35,267 nucleotides of DNA from Polyangiaceae bacterium (GCA_044222475.1 JBGANF010000086.1:1-35267); one strand, 5' to 3'. Shown: positions 1 to 7,177, counted from the first letter of the stretch. Translations and numbers: made by a program. The notes: generated by a model not told the origin, from the sequence alone.

Positions 1-323
1 GCGATGACGGACGCGACCTTGCCGAGGATGCCCCACTTCTCGGCTGATTCTTTGGCGTCGGCTTCGTCGGCCAGCGCCTGTTTCTCGGTTGCCATCGCGA
101 GCTCCTTGTCCTGCTTTCGCGACTCAACCTCACTTCTTCCGACCTCGAGGCTCGTCTGGCGCCGGGCCTGCATGAGCAGATACATCGCGCTCAACGCATC
201 CCCGGGCATCGCATCGCTCGACGGCGTTGCGAGGAGCGAAGGAGCGATTGTGCCGGTATTCCCGATCGGTGTCGGGGTCGTGGCGACCGCGGAAGTAGCG
301 GCGCTCGCGGCGACGGCAGTCAT
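1..323 (-). CDS. T3SS hydrophobic translocator SctE (YopB/IpaB/SseC-like), N-terminal part; runs off the left edge
   Basis: Not in the ORF track; translated by hand from ATG at 323 (ATGA overlap with the chaperone stop): MTAVAASAATSAVATTPTPIGNTGTIAPSLLATPSSDAMPGDALSAMYLLMQARRQTSLEVGRSEVESRKQDKELAMATEKQALADEADAKESAEKWGILGKVASVI. Disordered S/T/P N-terminus, then a coiled coil, then 'AEKWGILGKVASVI' entering a hydrophobic segment, as in SseC/YopB; lies directly downstream of an LcrH-like chaperone. Confidence 0.7.
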   Translation of the reverse strand, partial: MTAVAASAATSAVATTPTPIGNTGTIAPSLLATPSSDAMPGDALSAMYLLMQARRQTSLEVGRSEVESRKQDKELAMATEKQALADEADAKESAEKWGILGKVASVI

Positions 324-715
324 GCGGCCCTCTTCTCCTCGTCGACGAGGAGCTTCGCGTCGTCGTCCATGGATCGCTCGGCCATCTCGTCGGCCATGGC
401 GAGGATCTCGCTCGCGGCGTCCTCGTCGCCGAGGCGCTTGAGGACTCGAACGAGCGCGACTGCGCAGCGGAGCGGGGACCGAGCGAGCGTGGTGCCGGCG
501 GCGAAGATCTCCTTCGCGATGCGGAGCTGCTCGAACGCCTCGTGGCACATGCCGAGGCCGACCCAGCCGCGCTCGTCCTCCGGCGCCATGGTGACCATGG
601 CGCGGAAGACGTCGGCGGCGTCCTTGTAACGCTCTTGGGAGAAGAGCCAGTGACCGGTCGCGTACACGCCCTCGATGGCGCGTGCTTTGTCGTCGGGGGA
701 CATCATGGGGATCAT
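320..715 (-). CDS. Class II T3SS translocator chaperone, SycD/LcrH/CesD-like TPR protein
   Basis: 131 aa, acidic, TPR pattern 'IEGVYATGHWLFSQERYKDAADVFRAMVTMAPEDERGWVGLGMCHE'; strong RBS GAGGAGG upstream. Confidence 0.8.
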   Translation of the reverse strand: MIPMMSPDDKARAIEGVYATGHWLFSQERYKDAADVFRAMVTMAPEDERGWVGLGMCHEAFEQLRIAKEIFAAGTTLARSPLRCAVALVRVLKRLGDEDAASEILAMADEMAERSMDDDAKLLVDEEKRAA

Positions 716-725
716 CGAGTCCTCC

Positions 726-1439
726 TCAGTGGCCGATGTTGGCGGCGATCTTGTTCACCTGGTCGCCGAGGGCTTGCACCATGTTGGTGATCAACTGGAC
801 AGCGCTCTGACGCTGCGACATGACGGACTGAAGGCTGATCATCGAGAGCTCGGTGCTCGCGTTCATGTCCTTTTGGATGTTTTGGACCGCGTCGGTGGTG
901 CACGCCTTGTAGTCGGCGATGCTCACGTCGTACGTGCCTTCCGCTCCGCAGAGGTTGGTGAGCGTCCCATCGATCGCGCCCGAGCTTGCGCCTTCGTTGA
1001 GCATCGTCAGAAAGCTGCCGACATCGGGCGGGGTGACCTTGTTTGCCGCCGCGCGTGCGTTCAGCCCGTCTTGGCACTTCTGGAGGAGCGCCTTCGCCTT
1101 GTCCTCCAGTGCGGCCCGGGTCGCGGGGTCTTTGATGCAGGCTGCGGTGTCCAACATCTTCTTGGCTTCGCCGAGCGCGGCTTCGAACCCGCCATTGCAC
1201 GCCGTGTTGACGGGTTGGTTCGGCGTCCACAGCTTGGATTGGAGATCGCTCAAGGTCTTTCCGTCATCGTTGGCGATCTTCTGCTTGTTGAACGCGACGT
1301 TGACCTGCTCGTCGAGCCCGCGCAGTCGCATCGAGCAATAGGACATGAGTGCGTCGGGGGTGAGCGGAGCGGAGAGGTCGTACGTCGGGTGAAGGAGCTC
1401 CGCGACCATGGGCGAGAGCTTGAGCATCTGGACGGTCAT
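726..1439 (-). CDS. Putative T3SS tip/filament protein (Bsp22/EspA-like C-terminal helix)
   Basis: True start taken at MTVQMLK (ATG 1439, GAAAGAAG upstream) within the 726..1862 ORF; 237 aa. C-terminus 'ASTELSMISLQSVMSQRQSAVQLITNMVQALGDQVNKIAANIGH' resembles the amphipathic terminal helix of Bsp22/EspA/SseB-type proteins; sits just upstream of the chaperone. Confidence 0.6.
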   Translation of the reverse strand: MTVQMLKLSPMVAELLHPTYDLSAPLTPDALMSYCSMRLRGLDEQVNVAFNKQKIANDDGKTLSDLQSKLWTPNQPVNTACNGGFEAALGEAKKMLDTAACIKDPATRAALEDKAKALLQKCQDGLNARAAANKVTPPDVGSFLTMLNEGASSGAIDGTLTNLCGAEGTYDVSIADYKACTTDAVQNIQKDMNASTELSMISLQSVMSQRQSAVQLITNMVQALGDQVNKIAANIGH

Positions 1440-1450
1440 GACGTCTTCTT

Positions 1451-1642
1451 TCAGGCCCGGAGGCCGGTGAGGTAGTTGGGGGTCGGTGACGAAACGTGTA
1501 CAGTGCACGTTTCGTCGATTTCGCGGAGCACGGCTTCGGGCATCTGGATCTGCACGTCGCCGAGGTTTCGGAGCTCGTTCATGGCGGTCGCGAGCGCTTC
1601 GTCTTGGCGCGCCAGCTCCGCGTGGATTTCGTCGAGGGTCAT
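1451..1642 (-). CDS. Small acidic helical protein, first gene of the translocon cassette (LcrG/tip-chaperone position)
   Basis: 63 aa MTLDEIHAELARQDEALATAMNELRNLG...PNYLTGLRA, coiled-coil-like; stop is 11 nt before the next start; promoter-like motif directly upstream. Confidence 0.6.
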   Translation of the reverse strand: MTLDEIHAELARQDEALATAMNELRNLGDVQIQMPEAVLREIDETCTVHVSSPTPNYLTGLRA

Positions 1643-1676
1643 GACGGCCCTTCGGGAGCACCCGCCGCCGGGTTGC
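1643..1676 (-). promoter_or_regulatory. Putative ECF-sigma promoter, copy 1 (GCAAC-N17-CGAA), probably leaderless
   Basis: Minus strand reads GCAAC CCGGCGGCGGGTGCTCC CGAAGGGCCGTC ATG; same layout as 2738-2771. Confidence 0.6.
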
Positions 1677-1711
1677 GCGAAAAGTGCGATTCCGGTTAGG
1701 TTCCGCCTGCC

Positions 1712-2734
1712 ATGCGTGCCTGGACCGCATCACTCGTCCTGACGCTCGTCGCGTGCGCCGGCGCCGCACCGGTCGCGCAGCCGCCGCAAGCCCACACCGA
1801 CGTGGGCCCCGACGCTGGACCCAGCTCCGCCGCGAGCTCTCCGACCGCGACCCCGGCGCCACTCGAGGAGCTGATCCCCGGGTTCCGCATCACCAACTAC
1901 ACGCTCGCTCGCGAGGCCGATCTCTCCGGCCAACGCACCGGCAACCGCACGCGCATCAGCGCCAAGGGGTTACCCGGCCAATACGCGTGGGAGTTCCTCT
2001 GCTCCGGCCGCGGCGTCGCGATGCAAGGCACCGGCGTCACGCTCGACGGGAAGTACGTCCACTACGTGTCGGGCGGTGGCGGCTTCTGCGGTCGCGACAA
2101 GAACCTCTGCAACTGCAAAGGCGCCGAGTTCGCGATCACCACCGGCGTCTTCGGCTCGACCGGCCGCGCCCTGACCGAGAACTACTCGATCGCCGTCGAT
2201 CCCACGGTCATCCCGTACGGCTCGTTCGTCTGGATCGACGCGATGAAGCGCTGGTTCCGCGCCGACGACACCGGCGGCGCGATCAAGGGCAACCACATCG
2301 ACGTCTACGTCGGCACGCAGCCGTTCGTCTTCAACGGCGAGACGTCGGTCTTCGTCTCGAGCCAACCTCACGAGGCGACCGATCCCGGCCCCACGATCGC
2401 CAACGGGGTCTGCCCGCGCGCCGGCTTCACCTGCGGCGGGAACGGAATCGCCGGAGAGCCGAGCATCCTCTACGAGTGCAAGAGCGGCCACATCACGTTC
2501 GCCCGCTCGTGCTTGTGGGGCTGCCAAGCGGGCCACGGCGGCGCCGACGACGCGTGCAAGCCGCGGCCGCCGAACGCGTTCTGTGCCGGCGACGGGTTTT
2601 TCTGCGGCGGCGATCGGGTCGAGGGGGCGCCCGGCGCGCTCTACCGCTGCGCGGATCACGGGCTTCGCCTGGACACCGTGTGCGAACGCGGCTGCGCTGT
2701 CGAGCCCGATGGCCTCGGCGATCACTGCTACTAG
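1712..2734 (+). CDS. 3D (Asp-Asp-Asp)-domain secreted/lipoprotein with two C-terminal Cys-rich repeats; putative peptidoglycan lytic enzyme
   Basis: Lipobox-like LVAC; 3D motifs 'IAVDPTVIPYGS', 'ADDTGGAIKGNHIDVYVG'; Pro-rich linker; C-terminal CGG...LYxC...CxxGC repeats. Confidence 0.85.
   Translation: MRAWTASLVLTLVACAGAAPVAQPPQAHTDVGPDAGPSSAASSPTATPAPLEELIPGFRITNYTLAREADLSGQRTGNRTRISAKGLPGQYAWEFLCSGRGVAMQGTGVTLDGKYVHYVSGGGGFCGRDKNLCNCKGAEFAITTGVFGSTGRALTENYSIAVDPTVIPYGSFVWIDAMKRWFRADDTGGAIKGNHIDVYVGTQPFVFNGETSVFVSSQPHEATDPGPTIANGVCPRAGFTCGGNGIAGEPSILYECKSGHITFARSCLWGCQAGHGGADDACKPRPPNAFCAGDGFFCGGDRVEGAPGALYRCADHGLRLDTVCERGCAVEPDGLGDHCY
2411..2728 (+). repeat. Two tandem ~49-aa six-Cys protein repeats
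   Basis: CPRAGFTCGGNGIAGEPSILYECKSGHITFARSCLWGCQAGHGGADDAC vs CAGDGFFCGGDRVEGAPGALYRCADHGLRLDTVCERGCAVEPDGLGDHC. Confidence 0.85.
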
Positions 2735-2737
2735 CGA

Positions 2738-2771
2738 GCAACTTCGCTCGACCTCGTGACGAAGGGCCTTC
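2738..2771 (+). promoter_or_regulatory. Putative ECF-sigma promoter, copy 2 (GCAAC-N17-CGAA), probably leaderless
   Basis: GCAAC TTCGCTCGACCTCGTGA CGAAGGGCCTTC ATG; same spacing to ATG (34 nt) as copy 1. Confidence 0.6.
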
Positions 2772-3653
2772 ATGGCCGACACCACGATCTCGAGCAGCGA
2801 CCCGCGGCGCATCTACGACCGCGATGATTCCACCCTGACCTCGGGAGGCCCGCCGCCGAAGAAGACGACGTCTTCCTCGACCGACGCCCAACCGACGCTC
2901 ACCGGGCCCACTGCCTACGACGTGAAAGACGTCGCGAAGCACATGCCCGTCACGACGATGGAGCTGTCGCTCGACGCGCAGAAGGCGGCGGTCGACAAGC
3001 GCCTCGCGAGCCCGACGGATTACCCGAAACGGAAATACGACGAAGCGCTGCGCGACGATCTCGCGCGCCGCATCCTCGATCGCGACACGCAAGCCAAAGC
3101 GGCCGCGAAGGAAGCGCAGTGCCCGACCTGGGCGGCATGTCAGCCGGTACCAAAAGGGTACGACCCCGCCCCTGCCGGATGGGTGTCGAGTTTGGATCGT
3201 TCCGACGGTGAAATCCACGGCACGCTCATGGGCACGACGGATGGCTCGGTTCGCATCGGGGCGATCGACGCGAAGGCGAAAGGTGGCCAGGTCGAAGGGT
3301 CGGTGGCCGCGATGAAGGTCCAGACGAAAGAGACGAACACGGCCGGCGTCACCCAATCGACGACCGTTCAGGTCGGCGCCGCGGGCGCACACGTCGGCAA
3401 GAACAACGCTGATGGAAGCACCGGGTTCAACGCGGGCGCCAGCGTCGCCGCGGTCTCCGGTGAGTTGACGCTCGAGGCCAAGGATGGCGCGTCGGCGACG
3501 GGCGGGCTCGCGCTCGGTTGGAGCCACGACATGTCCACGGGAGTGAAGACCGACGGTGACAGGACTCACTCGTGCACTCGATTCGACGAAGGCCCGGCCA
3601 CCCTCGGGGCATGCGTTCCAGTCCCCGCTGCCATCACACAGGAGTCGCGATGA
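2772..3653 (+). CDS. Hypothetical protein, candidate T3SS substrate/effector
   Basis: 293 aa, no signal peptide, S/T/P-rich disordered N-terminus, Gly/Ala/Val-rich beta-strand C-terminal half (GFNAGASVAAVSGELTLEAKDGASATGGLALG). Confidence 0.7.
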   Translation: MADTTISSSDPRRIYDRDDSTLTSGGPPPKKTTSSSTDAQPTLTGPTAYDVKDVAKHMPVTTMELSLDAQKAAVDKRLASPTDYPKRKYDEALRDDLARRILDRDTQAKAAAKEAQCPTWAACQPVPKGYDPAPAGWVSSLDRSDGEIHGTLMGTTDGSVRIGAIDAKAKGGQVEGSVAAMKVQTKETNTAGVTQSTTVQVGAAGAHVGKNNADGSTGFNAGASVAAVSGELTLEAKDGASATGGLALGWSHDMSTGVKTDGDRTHSCTRFDEGPATLGACVPVPAAITQESR

Positions 3654-3865
3654 ACCCGTATCGAACCGCCCCGGCCCCCGACGCTCCCGACGCCGACGAA
3701 CCGGTGGAACCCATCAAGCCCAAGTGGCGCAACCCGTACGCTCCTGATCCAACGGTTCGTCCGCGACCTTGGAATGGCAGGACGCCCGAGGTCCGCTTCG
3801 CGGATCAGCGCATCGGGGGGCCGACGTGGTGGTTGCTCCGATTGGCGGAGGAGCTGGAGCGCTGA
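3650..3865 (+). CDS. Small Pro-rich hypothetical protein (71 aa), translationally coupled to the upstream gene
   Basis: ATG at 3650 overlaps the upstream TGA (ATGA), with GGAG RBS upstream; MNPYRTAPAPDAPDADEPVEPIKPKWRNPYAPDP...WWLLRLAEELER. Confidence 0.55.
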   Translation: MNPYRTAPAPDAPDADEPVEPIKPKWRNPYAPDPTVRPRPWNGRTPEVRFADQRIGGPTWWLLRLAEELER

Positions 3866-3869
3866 CCAC

Positions 3870-3907
3870 AAAAACACGACGGCGCCCGGTCTCTCGACCG
3901 AGCGCCG
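3870..3907 (-). terminator. Rho-independent terminator downstream of the CdnL/CarD gene
   Basis: Minus strand: CGGCGCTCGGTC-GAGA-GACCGGGCGCCG (12-bp stem with one U-G pair, GNRA loop), followed by TCGTGTTTTT; lies between convergent genes. Confidence 0.7.
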
Positions 3908-3928
3908 CGGTGAGCAATCGCGCCGCCG

Positions 3929-4774
3929 CTAGTTGCGGAAGATTCCCGCGACCTCTTCGGCGAGGACCGCCTCGGTCACGCGCTTCGCGAACGCGAGCTC
4001 CTTCATGAGGAGGCTCTTCGCGCGGTCGAGCAGGTGGCGCTCGCCGAACGAGAGGTCCTTGTCGAACTTGAGGCGGTGCATGTCGCGCAGGACCTTCGCC
4101 ACTTCGTGGGGAAGACCGCTCTGCACCATCTCGGTGTAGGCGCGGAAGCGACGGCTCCAGGGCTGGAGGTCGACCGCGACTTCGCGCGCGCGCATCGTCT
4201 CGAGGACGGCGTCGGCTTCCTTCTGGCTCATGATGCCGCGAAGGCCCGCCTGCGAAGCGGCGTTCGTCGGGACCATCACCTTCATGCCGTTGTCGAGGAT
4301 CTTGAGGATGTAGAACATCCCCTTCGTCCCGCCGAGCTCGCGGTGCTCGATCGCGGTGACCTCACCCACGCCGTGCTTCGGGTGGACGGCCTTGTCGCCG
4401 ATCTTGAACGTCATCGCGGGGCCGGGGATCGGCATCTTGGGGACGGCGAGGACGGCGGTCGTCTTCGAGACGACGGGCGGCGCCGACGCCATCCGCGTCG
4501 GCGGTGCCGGCGGCGGCGTGCTCGCCGCGACCGGCTTCAGGTTCGCGGGGGCGGGCGTCGAGCGGGTCGGCGTGGCGGGCTTGACGGGCGTCGCCTTGGG
4601 GCGGCCGCTCGGCGGCGTGGACACGGGCCGACGGGCAGTGGACGTGGTCGCGGTGCGCGCCACGGGGCGCTTGGTCGCGGTGGCGGCTTTGGCCTTTACG
4701 GCGGAAGGTTTACGGGTGGACTTGACCGGGGTCGGAGACGGGCGCGCCGTTCGGGCGCGAGCTGCGGTACGCAT
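3929..4774 (-). CDS. CarD/CdnL-family RNA polymerase-binding regulator with a basic Ala/Lys/Pro/Thr-rich N-terminal extension
   Basis: C-terminal ~160 aa 'FKIGDKAVHPKHGVGEV...WSRRFRAY...VLRDMHRLKFDKDLSFGERHLLDRAKSLLMKEL' matches the CdnL/CarD pattern; ATG 4774 has GGAAG upstream; alternative start at Met 4414 lacks an RBS. Confidence 0.9.
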   Translation of the reverse strand: MRTAARARTARPSPTPVKSTRKPSAVKAKAATATKRPVARTATTSTARRPVSTPPSGRPKATPVKPATPTRSTPAPANLKPVAASTPPPAPPTRMASAPPVVSKTTAVLAVPKMPIPGPAMTFKIGDKAVHPKHGVGEVTAIEHRELGGTKGMFYILKILDNGMKVMVPTNAASQAGLRGIMSQKEADAVLETMRAREVAVDLQPWSRRFRAYTEMVQSGLPHEVAKVLRDMHRLKFDKDLSFGERHLLDRAKSLLMKELAFAKRVTEAVLAEEVAGIFRN

Positions 4775-4840
4775 GGGTTCTTCCAAATCCCTCGCTGTTT
4801 GCCGCCCGAAAGGGCGTATGGGTCCAAACGGGGGCACCCC

Positions 4841-4869
4841 CCGTAACATTCCCGGACGCCCTGCGTCAA
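4841..4869 (-). promoter_or_regulatory. Possible sigma70-type promoter for the CdnL/CarD gene
   Basis: TTGACG (4864-4869) followed after 17-18 nt by TGTTACGG (weak -10). Confidence 0.35.
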
Positions 4870-4877
4870 ATCACTTC

Positions 4878-5930
4878 CTAAAACTTCATCATTTCGACTA
4901 CTTCCGAGGCGACCGCCGCGTGGAGTCCTTTGCCCAGGAGCGTTGCGTCAATCACGGCCTCCGCGAAGAGGGCATCGGGCTGCCCCCGGACGTCGGGGCC
5001 TCGGAGGGGCTGGTTTACACCGCAAAGTCGGCCGAGGCTGCTCGACGCCATCGTGGTGAGGGCGGCTCCGAGCCGCTCCGCCGCTTGAGGTGCACCTTCA
5101 CCCCAGGCGCCGGTGAGCACCAGCGTGACGTGTAGGGCGGCCTTCCCATCGGGGCGCGACTCCGGGCGGACCGCGATCCCCACCGCGGTCGCGGCCTTGA
5201 GCAACCCGGCCAACCCTTGCTCGGTCCCGCCCGAGAACGGACCGGGGAAGAACACTCGAACCGGTCCTTCGCCGACGAGCTTCGCCGCCGCGTCGAGCGG
5301 GGCAGTGCGCAGCGCGGGCGAGGCCTTCTTCAACTTGCCGAACGCGAACAGCTCGGCCGCGCGGAGCGGACCCACGTGAGTGCGCGGTCTCGTCTCGTCG
5401 CTCTCCTGCTGCGCAAGCACCTCGGTCTCGTAGCCGACCGCTTGGCGACCGAAGACGACCATCTCGTGCTCGGTCGTGCGCGGACCGTTCGCATCACCCT
5501 CGAAGCGGAGCACGGTGGAGAGCGGCCCGCCGGCTTGATCGACGAAGCGCTTCGGCGCGGTGACCCGGTCGGAGAACGCGGCTTCGAGCTTCGCCGGATC
5601 GAGGACGCCACGGGCGAGCACGAGCGACTTGTCGTCCCCGTACGACGCGACGACGATCTCGTCCAGCTCGCGCGGGTCGATGCCGGCGTGGCGCGACTTG
5701 AAGACGTCGAAGCTCTCGTTGGGGAGGACGTCGGCGATCGGCGGGAGGAGCTCGGCGTGAGCCATCACCGCCTTCGGCTGGACGACGACGATCGATTGCA
5801 GCCCGGCCGCCGGCGCCCAATCGACGGCGTCGCCGAGCTCGAGCGGATGGTCGGCCGGTGGCGGAGGCGCCGCGTGTCCGCACGCGAGACACAGGACGGA
5901 CGCGAGCAGCGCGGCCGCCAGCTTCGTCAC
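4878..5930 (-). CDS. Hypothetical lipoprotein (350 aa)
   Basis: GTG 5930 overlaps the tyrS stop (GTGA); signal peptide MTKLAAALLASVLCLAC with lipobox; the upstream part of the 4878..6788 ORF is a shadow of tyrS. Confidence 0.75.
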   Translation of the reverse strand: MTKLAAALLASVLCLACGHAAPPPPADHPLELGDAVDWAPAAGLQSIVVVQPKAVMAHAELLPPIADVLPNESFDVFKSRHAGIDPRELDEIVVASYGDDKSLVLARGVLDPAKLEAAFSDRVTAPKRFVDQAGGPLSTVLRFEGDANGPRTTEHEMVVFGRQAVGYETEVLAQQESDETRPRTHVGPLRAAELFAFGKLKKASPALRTAPLDAAAKLVGEGPVRVFFPGPFSGGTEQGLAGLLKAATAVGIAVRPESRPDGKAALHVTLVLTGAWGEGAPQAAERLGAALTTMASSSLGRLCGVNQPLRGPDVRGQPDALFAEAVIDATLLGKGLHAAVASEVVEMMKF

Positions 5931-7177
5931 CGACTCACTTTCACGTAGGCGAAGCGGCGGTTCTTCGACCCGACGCGGAGGAGGTACCGCTTGCCGACCG
6001 CGAGCTGCATCTGCCCGTCGGTGACGCGCTCCTTGTCGACCTCGACGCCACCTTGCTCCACGAGCCGCTTGCCCTCGCCGGTGGACTTCACCAGCCCAGC
6101 CGCGCTCAGCGCCTTGGGCAGCCAGAGCGTTTCGCCTTCGGTCTTGACGTCGATCTCGGGCACGTCGTCGGGGACGGCGTCGCCGCCGTAGACACGGCCG
6201 AACTCCTCCGCGGCGCGGGTCGCCGCGGCTTCGTCGTGGAAGCGGGTGATGAGCTCGCGCGCGAACAGCGCCTTGATCTCCATCGGGCTCCGACCTTCGG
6301 CGCGGCTCTTCTTGAGCGCCGCGATCTCCTCGTTCGACGCGCTCGAGAGGAGCTCGAAGTACCGGAAGATCACGTCGTCGTCGATCTGCATGACCTTCCG
6401 CTGCATCGCGATCGGATCTTCGAGGAGCCCGATGTAGTTGTCCTGGCTCTTCGACATCTTCTTCCCGGTCACCACGCCGTTGACCATCTTCGCGTCGATG
6501 CCTTCGAGGATCGGCGTCGTCATGACGATCTGGCGGCGGTGTCCGTAGCGCGGCATCAGGTCGCGCCCGACGAGCAGGTTGAAGAGCTGGTCGGTCCCTC
6601 CGAGCTCGATGTCGTTCACCAGCGCGACCGAGTCGTAGCCCTGGAGCAGCGGGTACAGGAACTCGTGTTGGTGGATGGGCTTCTGGGCCGCGAACCGCTC
6701 GGCGAAGTCGTTGCGCTCGAGCATCCGCGAGACCGTCGTCTTTGCCATCAGCTCGACGATCTCGGACGGCTTCAGCGCTTCGAGCCACTCGGAGTTGTGG
6801 CGCACGATCGTCTTCGAGACGTCGAGGATCTTGAACGCCTGCTTGGTGTAGGTCTCTGCCGCGGCGTGTACGTCCTCACGCGAGAGGCGCGGGCGAGACT
6901 CGTTCTGGCCAGTGGGATCCCCGACCATGGCGGTGAAGTCGCCGACGAGGAGGATCGCGGTGTGCCCGAGGTCCTGGAACTGCCGCATCTTCGCGAGCAG
7001 AACCGCGTGGCCGATGTGGAGGTCGGGCCGGGTCGGGTCGAACCCCGCCTTCACGAGGAGCGGCGCGCCGCTGTCCCGCGAGGCCTGGAGTCGTTCTTCG
7101 AGCTCGGCGCGCTGATGGAGGTCGACGATCCCTCGCGTGAGGAGCGCCATCTGCTCGTCGACCGTCGCGAAGCTCAC
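5927..7177 (-). CDS. tyrS: Tyrosine--tRNA ligase
   Basis: KAGFDPT..LHIGH (HIGH), LLQGYDS, GGTDQLFN, KMSKS motifs; C-terminal S4-like domain. Confidence 0.97.
   Translation of the reverse strand: MSFATVDEQMALLTRGIVDLHQRAELEERLQASRDSGAPLLVKAGFDPTRPDLHIGHAVLLAKMRQFQDLGHTAILLVGDFTAMVGDPTGQNESRPRLSREDVHAAAETYTKQAFKILDVSKTIVRHNSEWLEALKPSEIVELMAKTTVSRMLERNDFAERFAAQKPIHQHEFLYPLLQGYDSVALVNDIELGGTDQLFNLLVGRDLMPRYGHRRQIVMTTPILEGIDAKMVNGVVTGKKMSKSQDNYIGLLEDPIAMQRKVMQIDDDVIFRYFELLSSASNEEIAALKKSRAEGRSPMEIKALFARELITRFHDEAAATRAAEEFGRVYGGDAVPDDVPEIDVKTEGETLWLPKALSAAGLVKSTGEGKRLVEQGGVEVDKERVTDGQMQLAVGKRYLLRVGSKNRRFAYVKVSR

Noticed and set aside
1684..1704. Possible HrpL hrp box (GGAACC...CAC) upstream of the translocon operon
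   Set aside because: Only 11 nt separate GGAACC from GCAC, not the 15-16 nt to CCAC that is required.
4878..6788. 636-aa ORF overlapping tyrS
   Set aside because: Only the part from GTG 5930 looks like a real protein; the rest is a tyrS shadow frame.
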